DNA of 64,000 bases, from NCBI GenBank assembly GCA_043228905.1, contig JBHGNT010000007.1, positions 4,464,001-4,528,000 of the forward strand, read 5' to 3'. Position numbers and translations under genes: made by a program. The notes below the pieces were generated by a model. It was given only the letters and a program-made list of their open reading frames with translations, did not search any database and was not told where the DNA came from. The DNA comes from Azolla caroliniana. Its lineage: Eukaryota; Plantae; Polypodiophyta. Shown in pieces: positions 13,103-25,075 of the stretch; position 1 is the stretch's first letter, and each line of letters begins with the position of its first letter.

Positions 13103-16100
13103 TCAAACCTTTGATTCAAATGATGTCTCTGTTCCATTATCCGATTTCTGTTTCACCACCTCGCTGTCATTTGCACAATCAGGACAAAAGAAATGCTTCA
13201 ACTTATTGACTCGCTCTGAACTCATATTAACACATGACGGGTGAAACCTGTTGAGAAAAGGAAAAGACACAGAGGCAGAAGTGTTAAGTGATGTGTTCTC
13301 ATCATTGAGTGAACCAGACCATTTAATTATTGATACAGATACATTGAACATTAAAAATTATAGGCAAATTATTTAGTACACTATTCACATAATTTAGTAT
13401 TGATCCGAAAACTTGAGCTTTTGGGATGACTGACATATAAGAATACCTTACAAGCAAAATCCTGAAAATTAAACATTTAAAGCCAGGATGACTTCTTCTG
13501 AATCCTTCACATACATGATCCTATTACCATAGATACATAAAACACTGTATTGAGATGGACATCAGGTATATCTCCACCATTATCAAATATTTATGCATAA
13601 CCTAATAGGATGCACATCTATGTTCGTGGAGGCCAAAATGGGAAAATGAGCATGAGATGGATAGTACATAGACAGAAGTTTAATGTTCTGCAAATTTAAA
13701 TAACCAAATGTGGTGTATATCACATATACATTTGGATTCATGAATGCTGTTGCCTGAAGGTCCCCCTTGTAACAATCCTTGTGTACCCCGCATTGGTAGC
13801 CTCATAACCGTGCGTAGTCTACACATTAAGACCCCTTCCAAATACACTTTTGGGGTCCTTCCAAAGGCCGTTGCCCCGAGGCCACCCTCACGGCGATGAT
13901 GGTGTACAAGCTCGACCTTCCTTGACATTGTCTGCCCCACGTTGCTCATCTGATAACCTAAACGGGTAGTCTACGCATCAAGACTCCTTGTCTTTAAGTT
14001 CACACCAGTACCCAGCATCAAAACTACAATTCTCACCTGGGAAACCTTATGGTATTGAAGCTTAGATTCCCAGAAAGCTGTTCCTCGTTCATTGCAAATT
14101 TTCTTCTGTATATATGCACTTCTTGCTCCTTCACATAATTCCTTAATCTGGTTCATAACCATGTTTAAACACAAAAAGGCCCTTCTTGTGTTTAAACTAG
14201 GGATCCTACCAATACCAAAATCAAACTTGGCAGATCCTCATATGGGGACCTTAACAACATTGAGGCTTGGATTATTGGCAAGTGACATTGGATTAGCATT
14301 GCAGCTCTAGTCTACCTCTCATACACGTGAATTTTCTTGCAGAGGAAACATCTGCTAGTCTCAACCTTGAAATTAGATGTCATGTGGCATTATCCCCCTC
14401 CTGAAAAAGGCATAATGTATCCAGCTGTGATTACATGGAGTTTATCACACACTCATGTGATATGCATTAATCTCTCGTTAGAACTTAGAAGGTCCATTTG
14501 CACATATAGTGCAACTCATGAGCCACAACACTGGGTGAAAGCCATACGTTACAAATACTAAGTGACTTTCAACCCATTCATGAGTGAGTCTATGGAAAAG
14601 ACGTAGAGGGAAGAGCAAATGCAAAAAGCGATGCTTCAAAAACAACTCCATTCAGCTCAACTAGAAGAATTGTGAGCGACAACCATGCCTGCATGACACA
14701 TAAATCAATAACATCTGGAACATAGTGCAAGAGAGAATTTTATTTCAAAAGAAAGGAAACAGAATGGCCAAGTTACCTACAGGGGAAATGGTACTTTCGT
14801 GAAGCCCAAAATAAAATTTTACTTCTCTTTTCATGTTTCATGCTTTCATCCCTCACTCAGCCAAAACCTCCAGTAGAATATCTTTATTTAGCAGTATCAA
14901 TCATTCCACATTTCCTCTCTCAATTTTATTGACCTTGAAGGTAAACATCAATTCTTGCTAAGTGGTTAAATTCGAATTTATTTAAAATTTAAATTTATCT
15001 TAGGAAACTCATGATTTTGGGATTTTCCCACTAGCATTTACAACTATAATATGCAATAACTACATGTATTTTGAATATTAACATATCACCCACCCATCTG
15101 AGAAGCATGCGCTAGCTTCACAACCAAACTTCAAAACTCAATTTCCTACCATCCATATTTGGAGCACTCTTAATTTGTCCAACAGCGCATTTGAATTGAG
15201 ACTTAACTCTGGATATCATGCATTGAATACATATATGGCATCATGTACGTGGTCATTGCTCTCTCATTTATCACATATTCATCTTAATGCACATTTACGC
15301 CATTCTAGCAATGCCCTCTTTGCCTCTTGGGTTTTATCCTCCCACTATGTCAATAATATTCTAATTATGAACCAACGAAACTCTCATTACCCCCATTGAT
15401 CATTTCAAGACACTCTTGTAAAACTCTAGACAAGTTCATCACAATTCTCGAATCAGATGTGGAGTTATTCCCTAGCTCATGAAGGATGACAAGTTCATAC
15501 TCTTATGAGCGTGGAAGAACTCTATATTGTGTATTAAACCCTGAGGTTCTTGTTTAGAGTTCTGTGGGAAGTATTTTACTGTTTTTGGCCAATGATTTCG
15601 TAGAATAATCTATTCTACAGAATTCTCATTGTTTGTTTGACCATTAGCTATCCTGAATTTTCTAAACTCCTAACATGGAGTATATATGATGTGTTTGGGT
15701 ATACAAACCCCTCAATCTTGCCAACACCAATTATTTCCCGACAATGTAACAGAGATCCATGCAAAATGTTGCTGATACGGCAAATGAATCTACATTGAAG
15801 TATTAGTTGAAGACTCCATGCAGATTGATATTAGTTTTGCAAACAAAAAAGTCAAGGAAGAGAATGGGGAGTCAAACAAATTGAGTGATGATCCCATGTA
15901 TACTGTCTGAATTTTCTTGACAAAAGTATATCTCAAGTTTGACACATCAATGTCTCATCAAGTTCACTAAACATGGAAATGAAACCAAAGATGTTAGAAG
16001 ACATCAGCGATTGAGAGAGCTCCTGAAAACTCCAATTCTCATGTTTTCATTTTAGCCACAAGCTACACCATCAAAACAATAATGGTCTCACAAGGAAAAC

Positions 16101-18596
16101 TTTGGGAGGTTATGCATGCAAAATTTCATTCATATTCGTTATAAAAAGTGCTTGTCCAAAAGCACACAAAAATATGCAATAAAAGTGGGAGTTCCATCAG
16201 AGGATAGTAATCACGACTTCTTGATAAATCCCTTTGAGAACATGTGCACGGCCTCTAGCCACATTAAGTTATCTAATGTGTCAAAAAATGACTGCTTCAG
16301 GAGGTGGGAAGATGCAAACCATGGAGGACATGTTAGAATGTTGTCTGTTCCCATGTGAGAAACCTTTACAAAAGATTACCTCGAGTAGAAGAGAGAGAAT
16401 TGAAGTCATGGCCAAGAACTTGCATCAACACTCAGATGTCCAAGAAGATCTTGATCTTGTCCTACATTAGCATAAACATCATGGCTGGGAGTGTAGTAGC
16501 TGCTCTGCTAGGTTGAATGGCAACTAACTAAAGAGGAATCACTGGAGAGAAGCCCATCATGAAACATCCCATAACAAGAAGCTTCCATGATATGTATGAA
16601 ACTGGCAACATGAAGGACTTCATCATACTCTGTCATCAATCAAACATTATGAAATCGGCATAGACCTTGACAAAGTCCAGTAAAAATATGTTTTATTGTT
16701 CGATAACATGGTCAGCTAGTTTGAAGATCATATAGCATAGTTTGCTTTATCATCAAACCAAAGCCACATGGATATTTCAAAGCAGGCTCAGTTTTTGGCT
16801 ATGTCAAATGTTCCAATGTGTTTTACTTCTATGACATTGGCATATCCAAGTTTCAAACAGCTAAACAAAACCAAGCTATCCCTGTCCTGCTGAAATTTCC
16901 CCCTTATCATTTCTGAATATGTTCACTTGCTTCAAAGATGAGAAATTGACATGAACAGACTAATTGAATGCACAAACCATAATTTTAAAAGCACACTTTA
17001 AAATGAGATGCATGGCACACATTACACATAACACTTCCTTATGATAATCTCATAGACGTGAATGATTATAATCTTAGATTGAATCTGTAACCACAGGTGC
17101 TGTTCTTATTTCTTACCAGTCCTTGCATTCCTCACATTGTATCATTAGGTCATCTGGATTGTAAGGCATTTCACATTTGCAATACCTGAATAATAATTCA
17201 GAATTCAAAAAACAACAGTCACTGATCTCCTCTTATAGAAACAAATAAAAAACCCTCCACTTACACTGCAACAAATTCCTAATAGCCATATGCTTGTCTC
17301 AAAGATTAAACATGCAAGTATAAATATAAGCCATCTCCCAAGTTCCAATAGCCATATGAGTGTCTCAAAGATTAGAACATTTGTATATATGAATACAAAC
17401 TACCTTCCACACCCCAATTAGTGTATTCTTGTCTCAAAGCTTAAAACATGCATGCATAAATATAAACTATCTTCCACATCTCAATAGTTATATTCGCGTC
17501 TCAAGGACTAACGCCCATGTATGAATATAAACTCTCCTCCACATCCCAGTAATGAATCATACACTTTCCTTAAAAATTAATTAATCCATGGACTAAGCAT
17601 AAACTCTTCTTTACATCCAGTGGCCATATGTAGCATTTCCCAAGGATTAACTCATGCATGTGTGAATGTAAAATCTCTTTCACTTACACTGCAACTTTGT
17701 CAGGTATGAAAGCCCCAGTAGATGCCTTGTATTCGAATCTACAGAAGTAGTCATCCGGTTCTACGTTCTCTAATTTTGTATAGCTTTTGAAGGTATGGAT
17801 AGTACATTTTCCTTCAATAGTGTCTGCACTCTGAGTATCAATGTGATCGGAAAGAAAAACTTCTTTTGACCCATGGAACTGCCGCCGGCCACCAATGGAT
17901 TCTTCTGGTCTATAATACCATCTCACTTCCACTTTCACATTATTCCTCCCATCTAACCACATTTTCTCAACTCTGGCCACATACGGTGGCTTTCCAGATT
18001 CTTGGTTTCGCATTAATATTGAATCACCAACTGCATATTTGAGAGTTTAAGTGATACTTCGGCCACAAAAGAATGTCAAATCAAGGGAAAATGGAATATA
18101 ATAAAGTTAGAAAAAGTTTTTAAAGGAAAAAACGAGATAAAAGATCAGAAAAAGGAGATGAAAATAAGATCAAAGATGATAAACATTAAAAGACAATAAC
18201 AAAGGAAGGATTTTCACATGAAAAAAACAGAGACATTTGAAAAAGAGAAACAGGAGAAGGAGAATGAAGAGTTGGTTTTTTAAGAAGTTTTGCAGATAAA
18301 AGAAGAAAAGGGGGGGTAGACAGAAAGATTGAGATATGGAAAATTAGAGGACAAAAACATAGAATAAACAGAGAAATGAATAATGAGGCCATAAACATCA
18401 CACCTGAACAAACTTTTACACATGAAAGGGAGACCAGAGACAAAGAAGAGCCATGGCCCAGAAGATACAGAAAAAGACCTCAAAAGAATACGAACAAATA
18501 AAGGGGAAAGAGATAAGAATTACCCATGACAACTTTGGTGGTGCCTTTGACAGTGTAGGAATCAACAGATTTCCTGGGGGCCCTGGTCTTAGCCAT
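13103..18596 (-). CDS. EBS: BAH-PHD chromatin reader, EBS/SHL family
   Basis: Exons (minus) 18524..18596, 17688..18030, 17117..17185, 13109..13247, GT-AG and in frame: [18 protein letters not shown]..., BAH ([36 protein letters not shown]), PHD ([28 protein letters not shown]...FFCPDC). The last few residues are uncertain: read-through to the stop at 13103, or a short exon near 13010-13035. EBS versus SHL orthology is not resolved. Confidence 0.92.
17273..17680 (+). repeat. Degenerate tandem array (6 x ~65-70 bp) derived from the 5' end of 18S rRNA, inside EBS intron 2
   Basis: Unit 1 atagccatatgcttgtctcaaagattaaacatgcaagtataaatataa aligns by eye with the 18S 5' end GTAGTCATATGCTTGTCTCAAAGATTAAGCCATGCATGTGTAAGTATAAA; five more diverged units follow. 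Confidence 0.8.
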
Positions 18597-18683
18597 GAGA
18601 AAGAAGAAGAAGAAGAAAACAGCCCTTGATTTTGTTGTGAAGCACCTTAAATTTTGAAGAATTAGGGAACAGAGTACCTCCCC

Positions 18684-18940
18684 CACACACACACACACTC
18701 ACACACACTCTCACTCTCTCTCTCTCTCACACACACACACATTCACTCTCTCTCTATACAGATATGTATATACCACACACACAGTACACTCTCTCTCTCA
18801 CTCTCTCTCACACACACACACTCTCTCTCTCTCTCTCACTCACACACACACATTCACTCTCTCTCTATACAGATATGTATATACCACACACACTCTCTCT
18901 CTCTCACTCTCTCTCTCACACGCACACACACTCTCTCTAG
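18684..18940. repeat. (CA)n/(CT)n compound microsatellite with internal duplication, 5' of EBS
   Basis: Alternating CA and CT runs; the block attcactctctctctatacagatatgtatataccacaca occurs twice. Confidence 0.9.
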
Positions 18941-19084
18941 CCCTGTTTCTCACATTTTAGGGACCCATGATATATACACACATATGCCCCCATTCTCTTC
19001 TCTCCCTTTTCACACTCGAATGCTCGGGCAACGAGAGCGCGCTACCGTGTTCTTGCGCGTGTTTCTCCATGTATGTATGTATTA

Positions 19085-19382
19085 GGAAAAGGAGGTTGCT
19101 GCAATTTGGCCTACAGGTTTAGAAGCACCTCCGGTATTAGGATTTGAATGGCTTCATATATCTCTTTGTTGGGTGTTCCTTGAAAGGCTTACGATCATAT
19201 GCCCCAATAACATTTGATCTGTAAACTCGTGATGCAAAGAAAAGGAGGTTGCTGCAATTTGGCCTAAAGGATAGAATCATGTCCGGTATTAGCATTGAAT
19301 CGCTTCATACATCTTTTGGGGGTGTTCCTTGATCATGGGCCCAAGGCTTACGACTCATATGTCTTAATAACATTGATCTATA
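19085..19382. repeat. Diverged ~150-bp tandem duplication upstream of EBS
   Basis: gaaaaggaggttgctgcaatttggccta...ccggtattag...gtgttccttga...aaggcttacga...aataacatt appears twice. Confidence 0.85.
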
Positions 19383-22300
19383 AAGTCTATAAATACCTAC
19401 CTTAGTGCGCATCTCATTTTTAAATCCCTTGTAAATCATTTCTTGGTTTATCGTTTTAATTCAGCCTTAGAAAGCGAAGGGAGGATTCCACGAATTCGCT
19501 TATCCATGCACTACCTACATATATATAACATGTGACTCTCTCTAATAATGTTCAAGGGTTGTTCTTTTATCTAGAGTGGAGAAACATAAAAATTGCGTCT
19601 CTTTGAAGTGGGCAAGTGGGAGAGAAATCATTGAACTTCCATTGTCCGACTTTATTTATGCATTAATGGAAGAATGTTGTTAAACCCATATATGTATAAT
19701 GTAGCAACAAACTCCTATGGAGCATGGGGGACTTTGTAGGTTTCAAGGTGGGGTCCTCCAACTCCTAGGAAGCACAAAGCATATTGTGTCAAGGAATATA
19801 TGTCTTCTTCCTAAAAGCAAAGTCAAAATAGACTATCAAAACCCAACCACATAATGTCCTTGGTGGCCTTAAAATATTGGGGGTCCAAAGTGGGAAAACG
19901 TCGGTGCACCAACTGGATTAATGTGCATGGATTTAAGTGCATACATGGAGTCATATGGTCACTTATAATTAAATGTAAGGTAACTATCAACAATCGTTTA
20001 CATGGGACTCCAATAGACTCTTCATTGTCGTGGACTAGGTGGGTGGTTGAGCAATCTATCCATCAATTGAGTTGGCAATAATGGTTAAAAATCTTATGTT
20101 TTAAAGGAACCTTAATTGAGAGAACTAAGATTGTTGAATCACTTTGAACCATGCATTCTATTTCTATTGGTTCACATGGGAGGGGACAAGAGGGAGAGGG
20201 GAAATATATACCAAGAAGAGAATGAGATATCATTAAATGTAACTTCTTCACTTAATGATTTATTCATTCATGTTTCTCAACTCCGCTCCTTTCATATGAT
20301 CATTGGTATGACACTTTCATAACCTATTAACCACCAAGTCTTATTTCTATTTATATAATATTTATAAAATTATATAATTTGTGGGATATTTATGCTTCCG
20401 CAATTTCAAATTCTAGCAAATAGTTACTAGCTTTGGATTGGCGCAAGAAGGAGCCATGTTTTACCCCTCCCTTGTCTCATTTGACTATCCTTGTTTTCCC
20501 TCTCGAGCATTTTATAAAACCGCTATCCTCAAATTGCATTCTCCTTTTCAAGAGTTCTGCTTTCCCTTTTCAAAACTTTTACCCTTCAAGAGTACTCACT
20601 CCATGTTCTATTATTGGTTTGCATTCTCCACTCTTGAACTTTGTTATAAAATGTTATACTCTACCCAATCACTAGTTTCATGGCCTCATTTTCATGTGGT
20701 GATACATAGCACAAGACCACGCATAGCTCTATTTGGTTCATTGTGTCTCTTCCACAAGGAGCTATAGTAATTAGAGGTTTCTCAATAACCATCTATTGAA
20801 TCAACCCTTTGCCTCTTATGTTGACCTCTTTCATTGTAAGTTGTAATCAAACTACATTCTATTAATATGGGCACAATTCTTGTTTAGTATGTTGCATGAT
20901 GCATCTACATGGTTCTGCTTTGTGATTTCTTGTTTGAAAGCTTGGGCATGACATAAGGCATTTAATGCATAGCAAACATTGATTTGATAAGATTATATGT
21001 ATTCCTCCATCTTCATTATGGATAGTCACGTCTTCATTATGTGTTATTGCAAATGTACTTGGTCGGGTTGTTTGCATCGTGAACATAGTCCCGTCTTGGA
21101 ATATCTCTATTTCTTGCAACCTTTGGATAATGTTTTTGAGTGGTGTGATTGTTCGTGTGGAGTAGGCCCATACTAGGTATATACAAGGAAGTGTGAACCG
21201 TGGGACCTCTTGATATGTGTACTGGTTAAAGTTGGGCACATGCATGGGGATTTGTGAGGTGAGAACACATCACATTACTCATATGGACATATGGGCTTCA
21301 AGCATGGGATCCCCTTGCTAAGATCATGTGTAACTTATAAGATGTGTTCTATGTAGGGGATGGTCACTCAAGTGACATGCCTTTCTCCAATTGTTTTATG
21401 TAGGCGATAAAAGAACAATGATGTTGTTGCCTTGTTTTGAATTGCCAAACTTCGTTTGAATGAGACAGCAAACATCATTACAAGAAAATCTAAAGCAAAA
21501 AATGTTGGATGTCAGGTAACCAATATAATGATGTCACCAAGTTAAAAATATAGGCTTATAGTAAGAATTACATGTCATTTTACAAACATAAAGTTGAATT
21601 TACATCATATGGTGTCAAAAAACGGGGGTTGACATAATAATGTAGGGCCAAGCCATATGAGTGTATGTGAAGGGACCACTTATACGAAATAGAGTTTTGG
21701 TTTGGGCTTCCAAGTTTGGAAGGGTGATTCAACTGTATAGGTTTGGGACCTTGGTATACCTCTCTTCATGTATCCTTGCTCACTTTCGAGAATGTAATGT
21801 CCTACCACAAAGACATTCTTAACCATTATTAGCTTTGAAAAAGTAAGTTCGCACTGCTTTTACGCATTTAATGAACTTGAAATGCCTATTACCATTTTTT
21901 GTTATTACTAGCACAGAGTCACAAGCAAGGCATTTTTTACTGCCCATTGTCCAATGTATTTAGAGCTAGAGTAATTTTTTAACTCTTGAAACATGGATTG
22001 AAATAAAAAAACTTCAACACTATCTGAGCAACGAGCATACTAGAATTTTGAATCCATGGCTTGTCAAAAACATACAATACAAGCTATTATAACCATTTGA
22101 GACTTATATGTCATTACCAAACATCTAGACCATAAGAACCATAGTCCTAATTAGTAAGGTTAGCGAAAAGTTTTTATGGGTAGTGTTCAAGAAGACAATA
22201 TCTTGATATAGAAAAGCAATCACACTATCAACCCACCAAGAAAACACTCGGGGTACCTAATACATGAAGTGGTACACTTAGTTTTATAAACCCTACACCT

Positions 22301-22769
22301 CAAAAAAATGCACACATGCGTTGACACTTGCCAAGTCTATACCTCGACCCATAAACAATCCATACCCCTCAAAAATTGAGATGCACAAAATATCCATAAC
22401 GAAACAATATTTCATCCAACATATACAAAGTGGCCCAATCCAAAAAACCCTAAGCTTCATGTAAAGTGTCATTGTCCCATAAACCACACATGAATGGGCT
22501 TTGTTCCACCAACCCCATACAATAACTATGTCAAGTGGCTCAAGCCCTAGAAATCCAAAATCTCTCGATATACACACTTACGTACTTACACCTACCTATC
22601 TCCCTACACACACATGCATACATATTACATACATACATACATGCATGCATCCGTATATATACACATGCAATGCTCGTATCTATTATGTATAAATACATGT
22701 GTCGATGCATAAATACACACATGTAGATTGATGGTGAGAGTGAATATGTGTATACATATGTATATGTAC

Positions 22770-24381
22770 CTGAATCAAGGGGTGTTGAGAAACTCCTCTT
22801 CAAAAGTGCCATAGGATTGCACCCTGAGAAGCAATTCTCTTTTCCCAAGTGGATGAAGCACGAGGATTGTGGAGTGGCTTTAGATGCATTATGAAATTCA
22901 CCAAGAGGAGGCAGGAGCCTTTGCTTCATACTTGAATTGGATCCATTAATTTGTTGAAGGGCAGGGGGTAAGGGCAAAGCACTTGGCAAGGAAGAAGAGA
23001 GAGTAACCTCTCCCTCCTCATTAGGACCTTTACCTTGATGATGGTGATTCCATAGCATTGATGATGATGACCTTTGCCTTGTGGGCAGCCTTGTGATGAG
23101 AGATGGTAGTGATGCATTTGGTGGGGAGGCCTGAAAAGCCCGCAAAGGCTTGGTTACCAACGAAATCCTTCTTGTTAGAGGCCTCATGAACCCCGAGCAA
23201 TCCGATATAGATTGGTTTGGAAGAGATAACCTCCTTAACAACCTAGGTTGCGGGGCATGATGATGCCGAGAAATGTCCGCGTCAGCGGCTGGCTCCGTGG
23301 TTTCTTGCACGGACATCCTTGTCTCGTGCCCGAATTTCGTTGTCTTTTGTCCGGACATCGGTATTTCTCGCCCAGCCACCATTGTTTCTTTCCTGGACAT
23401 TGGTGTTTTCCCCCCGGACATTGTTGTTGTCCGGGCGGATCTCGTAGTTGCTTGGCTGGACAATGAAGTAGTTTGCATGGGTGTCTTTGTTTTCCGCATG
23501 GATGTCGAAGTTCCACCCGATATCCTGCTTGTGTCCCCTGAGGTAGTTGTAGTTTGGCCAGACATTGTGGTTGTTTGGGTCGATATCCTCGACCCACTTG
23601 TAGATGATGAGAAATGCCATGGCCGGTTGGGGTTCGCGGGATATGTATTTACAAACAATAGCTTCTTAGTAGGCATCTTGTCCGGAAGAGGAGCGGAAGG
23701 AGGACCTATTTTCTGGTTCATCCGGAGTTGACCCTTGTCGAGAGTTGTGGAAGCTGCTGTGGAGACGGAGCTAGTGGGACGGGGTGAGCACAAGGTTCTT
23801 CTTCGTGACCCGACAAGCATATTCCGGGATGGATTCATTTGTCGGGAATCGGGATCGTGGTTCTCTCCATCTCCATGACAATGTTGATGATGTGTATGTT
23901 GACAATGCCGATACGAGGAGGAAGAAGTGGTCTTCTTGGATGAAGAATGGCAATCCATGGGTTTGCTAGGGTGTGACCTAATGTTGGTTGTGCAAGCGAG
24001 GGGCCTGCGGGGTCTTCGTTGGCCGGCAAGCTCTATGTTGGTAGTAGCATTTGTAGTTGAGTGGCCATCAGATGTGGTTGGGGGGGTCATTGCCTGCCCG
24101 AATCCGATGGTCGACCTTCTCTTCTTCATGGTTGTCGATGCCTCACATAGCAGTGATTGGAGCTCTTCTAATCTAGCCACCGCCCGATCGACCTAAACAA
24201 ACACCACAAATGCATAGATTACTATCTACTTTGTATGCCCATTTGCAGTTGAATTGTTTCTAGTAAATCTATGCATACACATATTTCTTTTAGTTATTAT
24301 TTATTTTTGGGGCTGATTTTCTAGTATCCCATTAGAGAATGATAAATTACCATATAGGCAAATGTATGTATGTCAAATTAA

Positions 24382-24430
<49 letters not shown>

Positions 24431-24794
24431 ACACACAGGCATATGTATGTAAGTAGGAATGTATATGTGCATATAATTGGGTATTTTGAGTTTAAATTTG
24501 TTTAGTGCCCCTTAATTAATCGGAATGCAAAACCGTGCTTTTGCTGAGGTAATTAGTTATTCAGAATACTGGTTTTTTTTTTAGCTAATTACAGTTGCCC
24601 ATTGGAGAAAAGAGATATTTCCTTCATTTTTTTGGTTCCTTCTTCTTCCATTCTTTCTTTCTTTCTTTCTGTCTGTCTGTCTGTCTTTGTTTTCTTTCTC
24701 AAGAAGAAGAACTATATACAAAATGAATGTTTTTCTTTTTCTTTTTTACCTTCTTGGCAGCAGCATGAGAGAGGAGGAGGTGTGGGTCTGCCAT
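22770..24794 (-). CDS. Putative TANGLED(TAN1)-like basic microtubule-binding protein (divergent); 3' end unresolved
   Basis: Exon 1 24750..24794 (MADPHLLLSHAAAKK) splices in phase 0 to exon 2 starting at 24192 (VDRAVARLEELQ). KVDRAVARLEELQ resembles the TAN1 motif KVDRCMARLQELQ, and the rest is basic and S/T/R/P-rich. There is a probable donor at 22769 (the ORF tail beyond it is TA/CA-repeat-derived); the final exon was not identified. Confidence 0.55.
24386..24437. repeat. (TA)n-(CA)n microsatellite
   Basis: Direct reading, within intron 1 of the TANGLED-like gene. Confidence 0.95.
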
Positions 24795-25018
24795 TGATCT
24801 TCTTCGTTGCAAAAATCACAATTTTGGAAAAGGAAGAAAGAAAGAAAGAAAGGATAGCAAGGCCAGGGGGGGGGTTTAAAACAATCTTGAGGATATAGAT
24901 ATATTTGGTTATGGAGATGGAGATGGAGATGGAAGCGCGGAATTGAAACAGTCTTGAGGATATAATTGGTTATGGTAGCTTTGAATGACTCTGAGAGACA
25001 GAGAAAGGAAGGATTGAA

Positions 25019-25020
<2 letters not shown>

Positions 25021-25054
<34 letters not shown>

Positions 25055-25075
25055 TGTGTGTGTGTGTGTGTGTGT
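25021..25075. repeat. (GA)n-(GT)n microsatellite
   Basis: Direct reading, just upstream of the TANGLED-like start codon. Confidence 0.95.

Noticed and set aside
13680-14340. Coding-like segment within EBS intron 3
   Set aside because: Stops in all frames and no motif I can assign; possibly TE or pseudogene debris.
17281-17300. Minus-strand GACAAGCATATGGCT resembles the U27/snR74 snoRNA guide element
   Set aside because: No intact box C/D is visible and complementarity extends far beyond a guide length, so an rRNA-derived repeat fits better.
17273-17680. Functional rRNA gene or CRISPR-like array
   Set aside because: Only about 65 nt of 18S are represented and the copies are degenerate; there are no unique spacers and no cas genes, and the context is eukaryotic.
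19700-21300. Possible additional retroelement relic on the minus strand
   Set aside because: Only vague Cys-rich and SDH-like traces; not enough to call.
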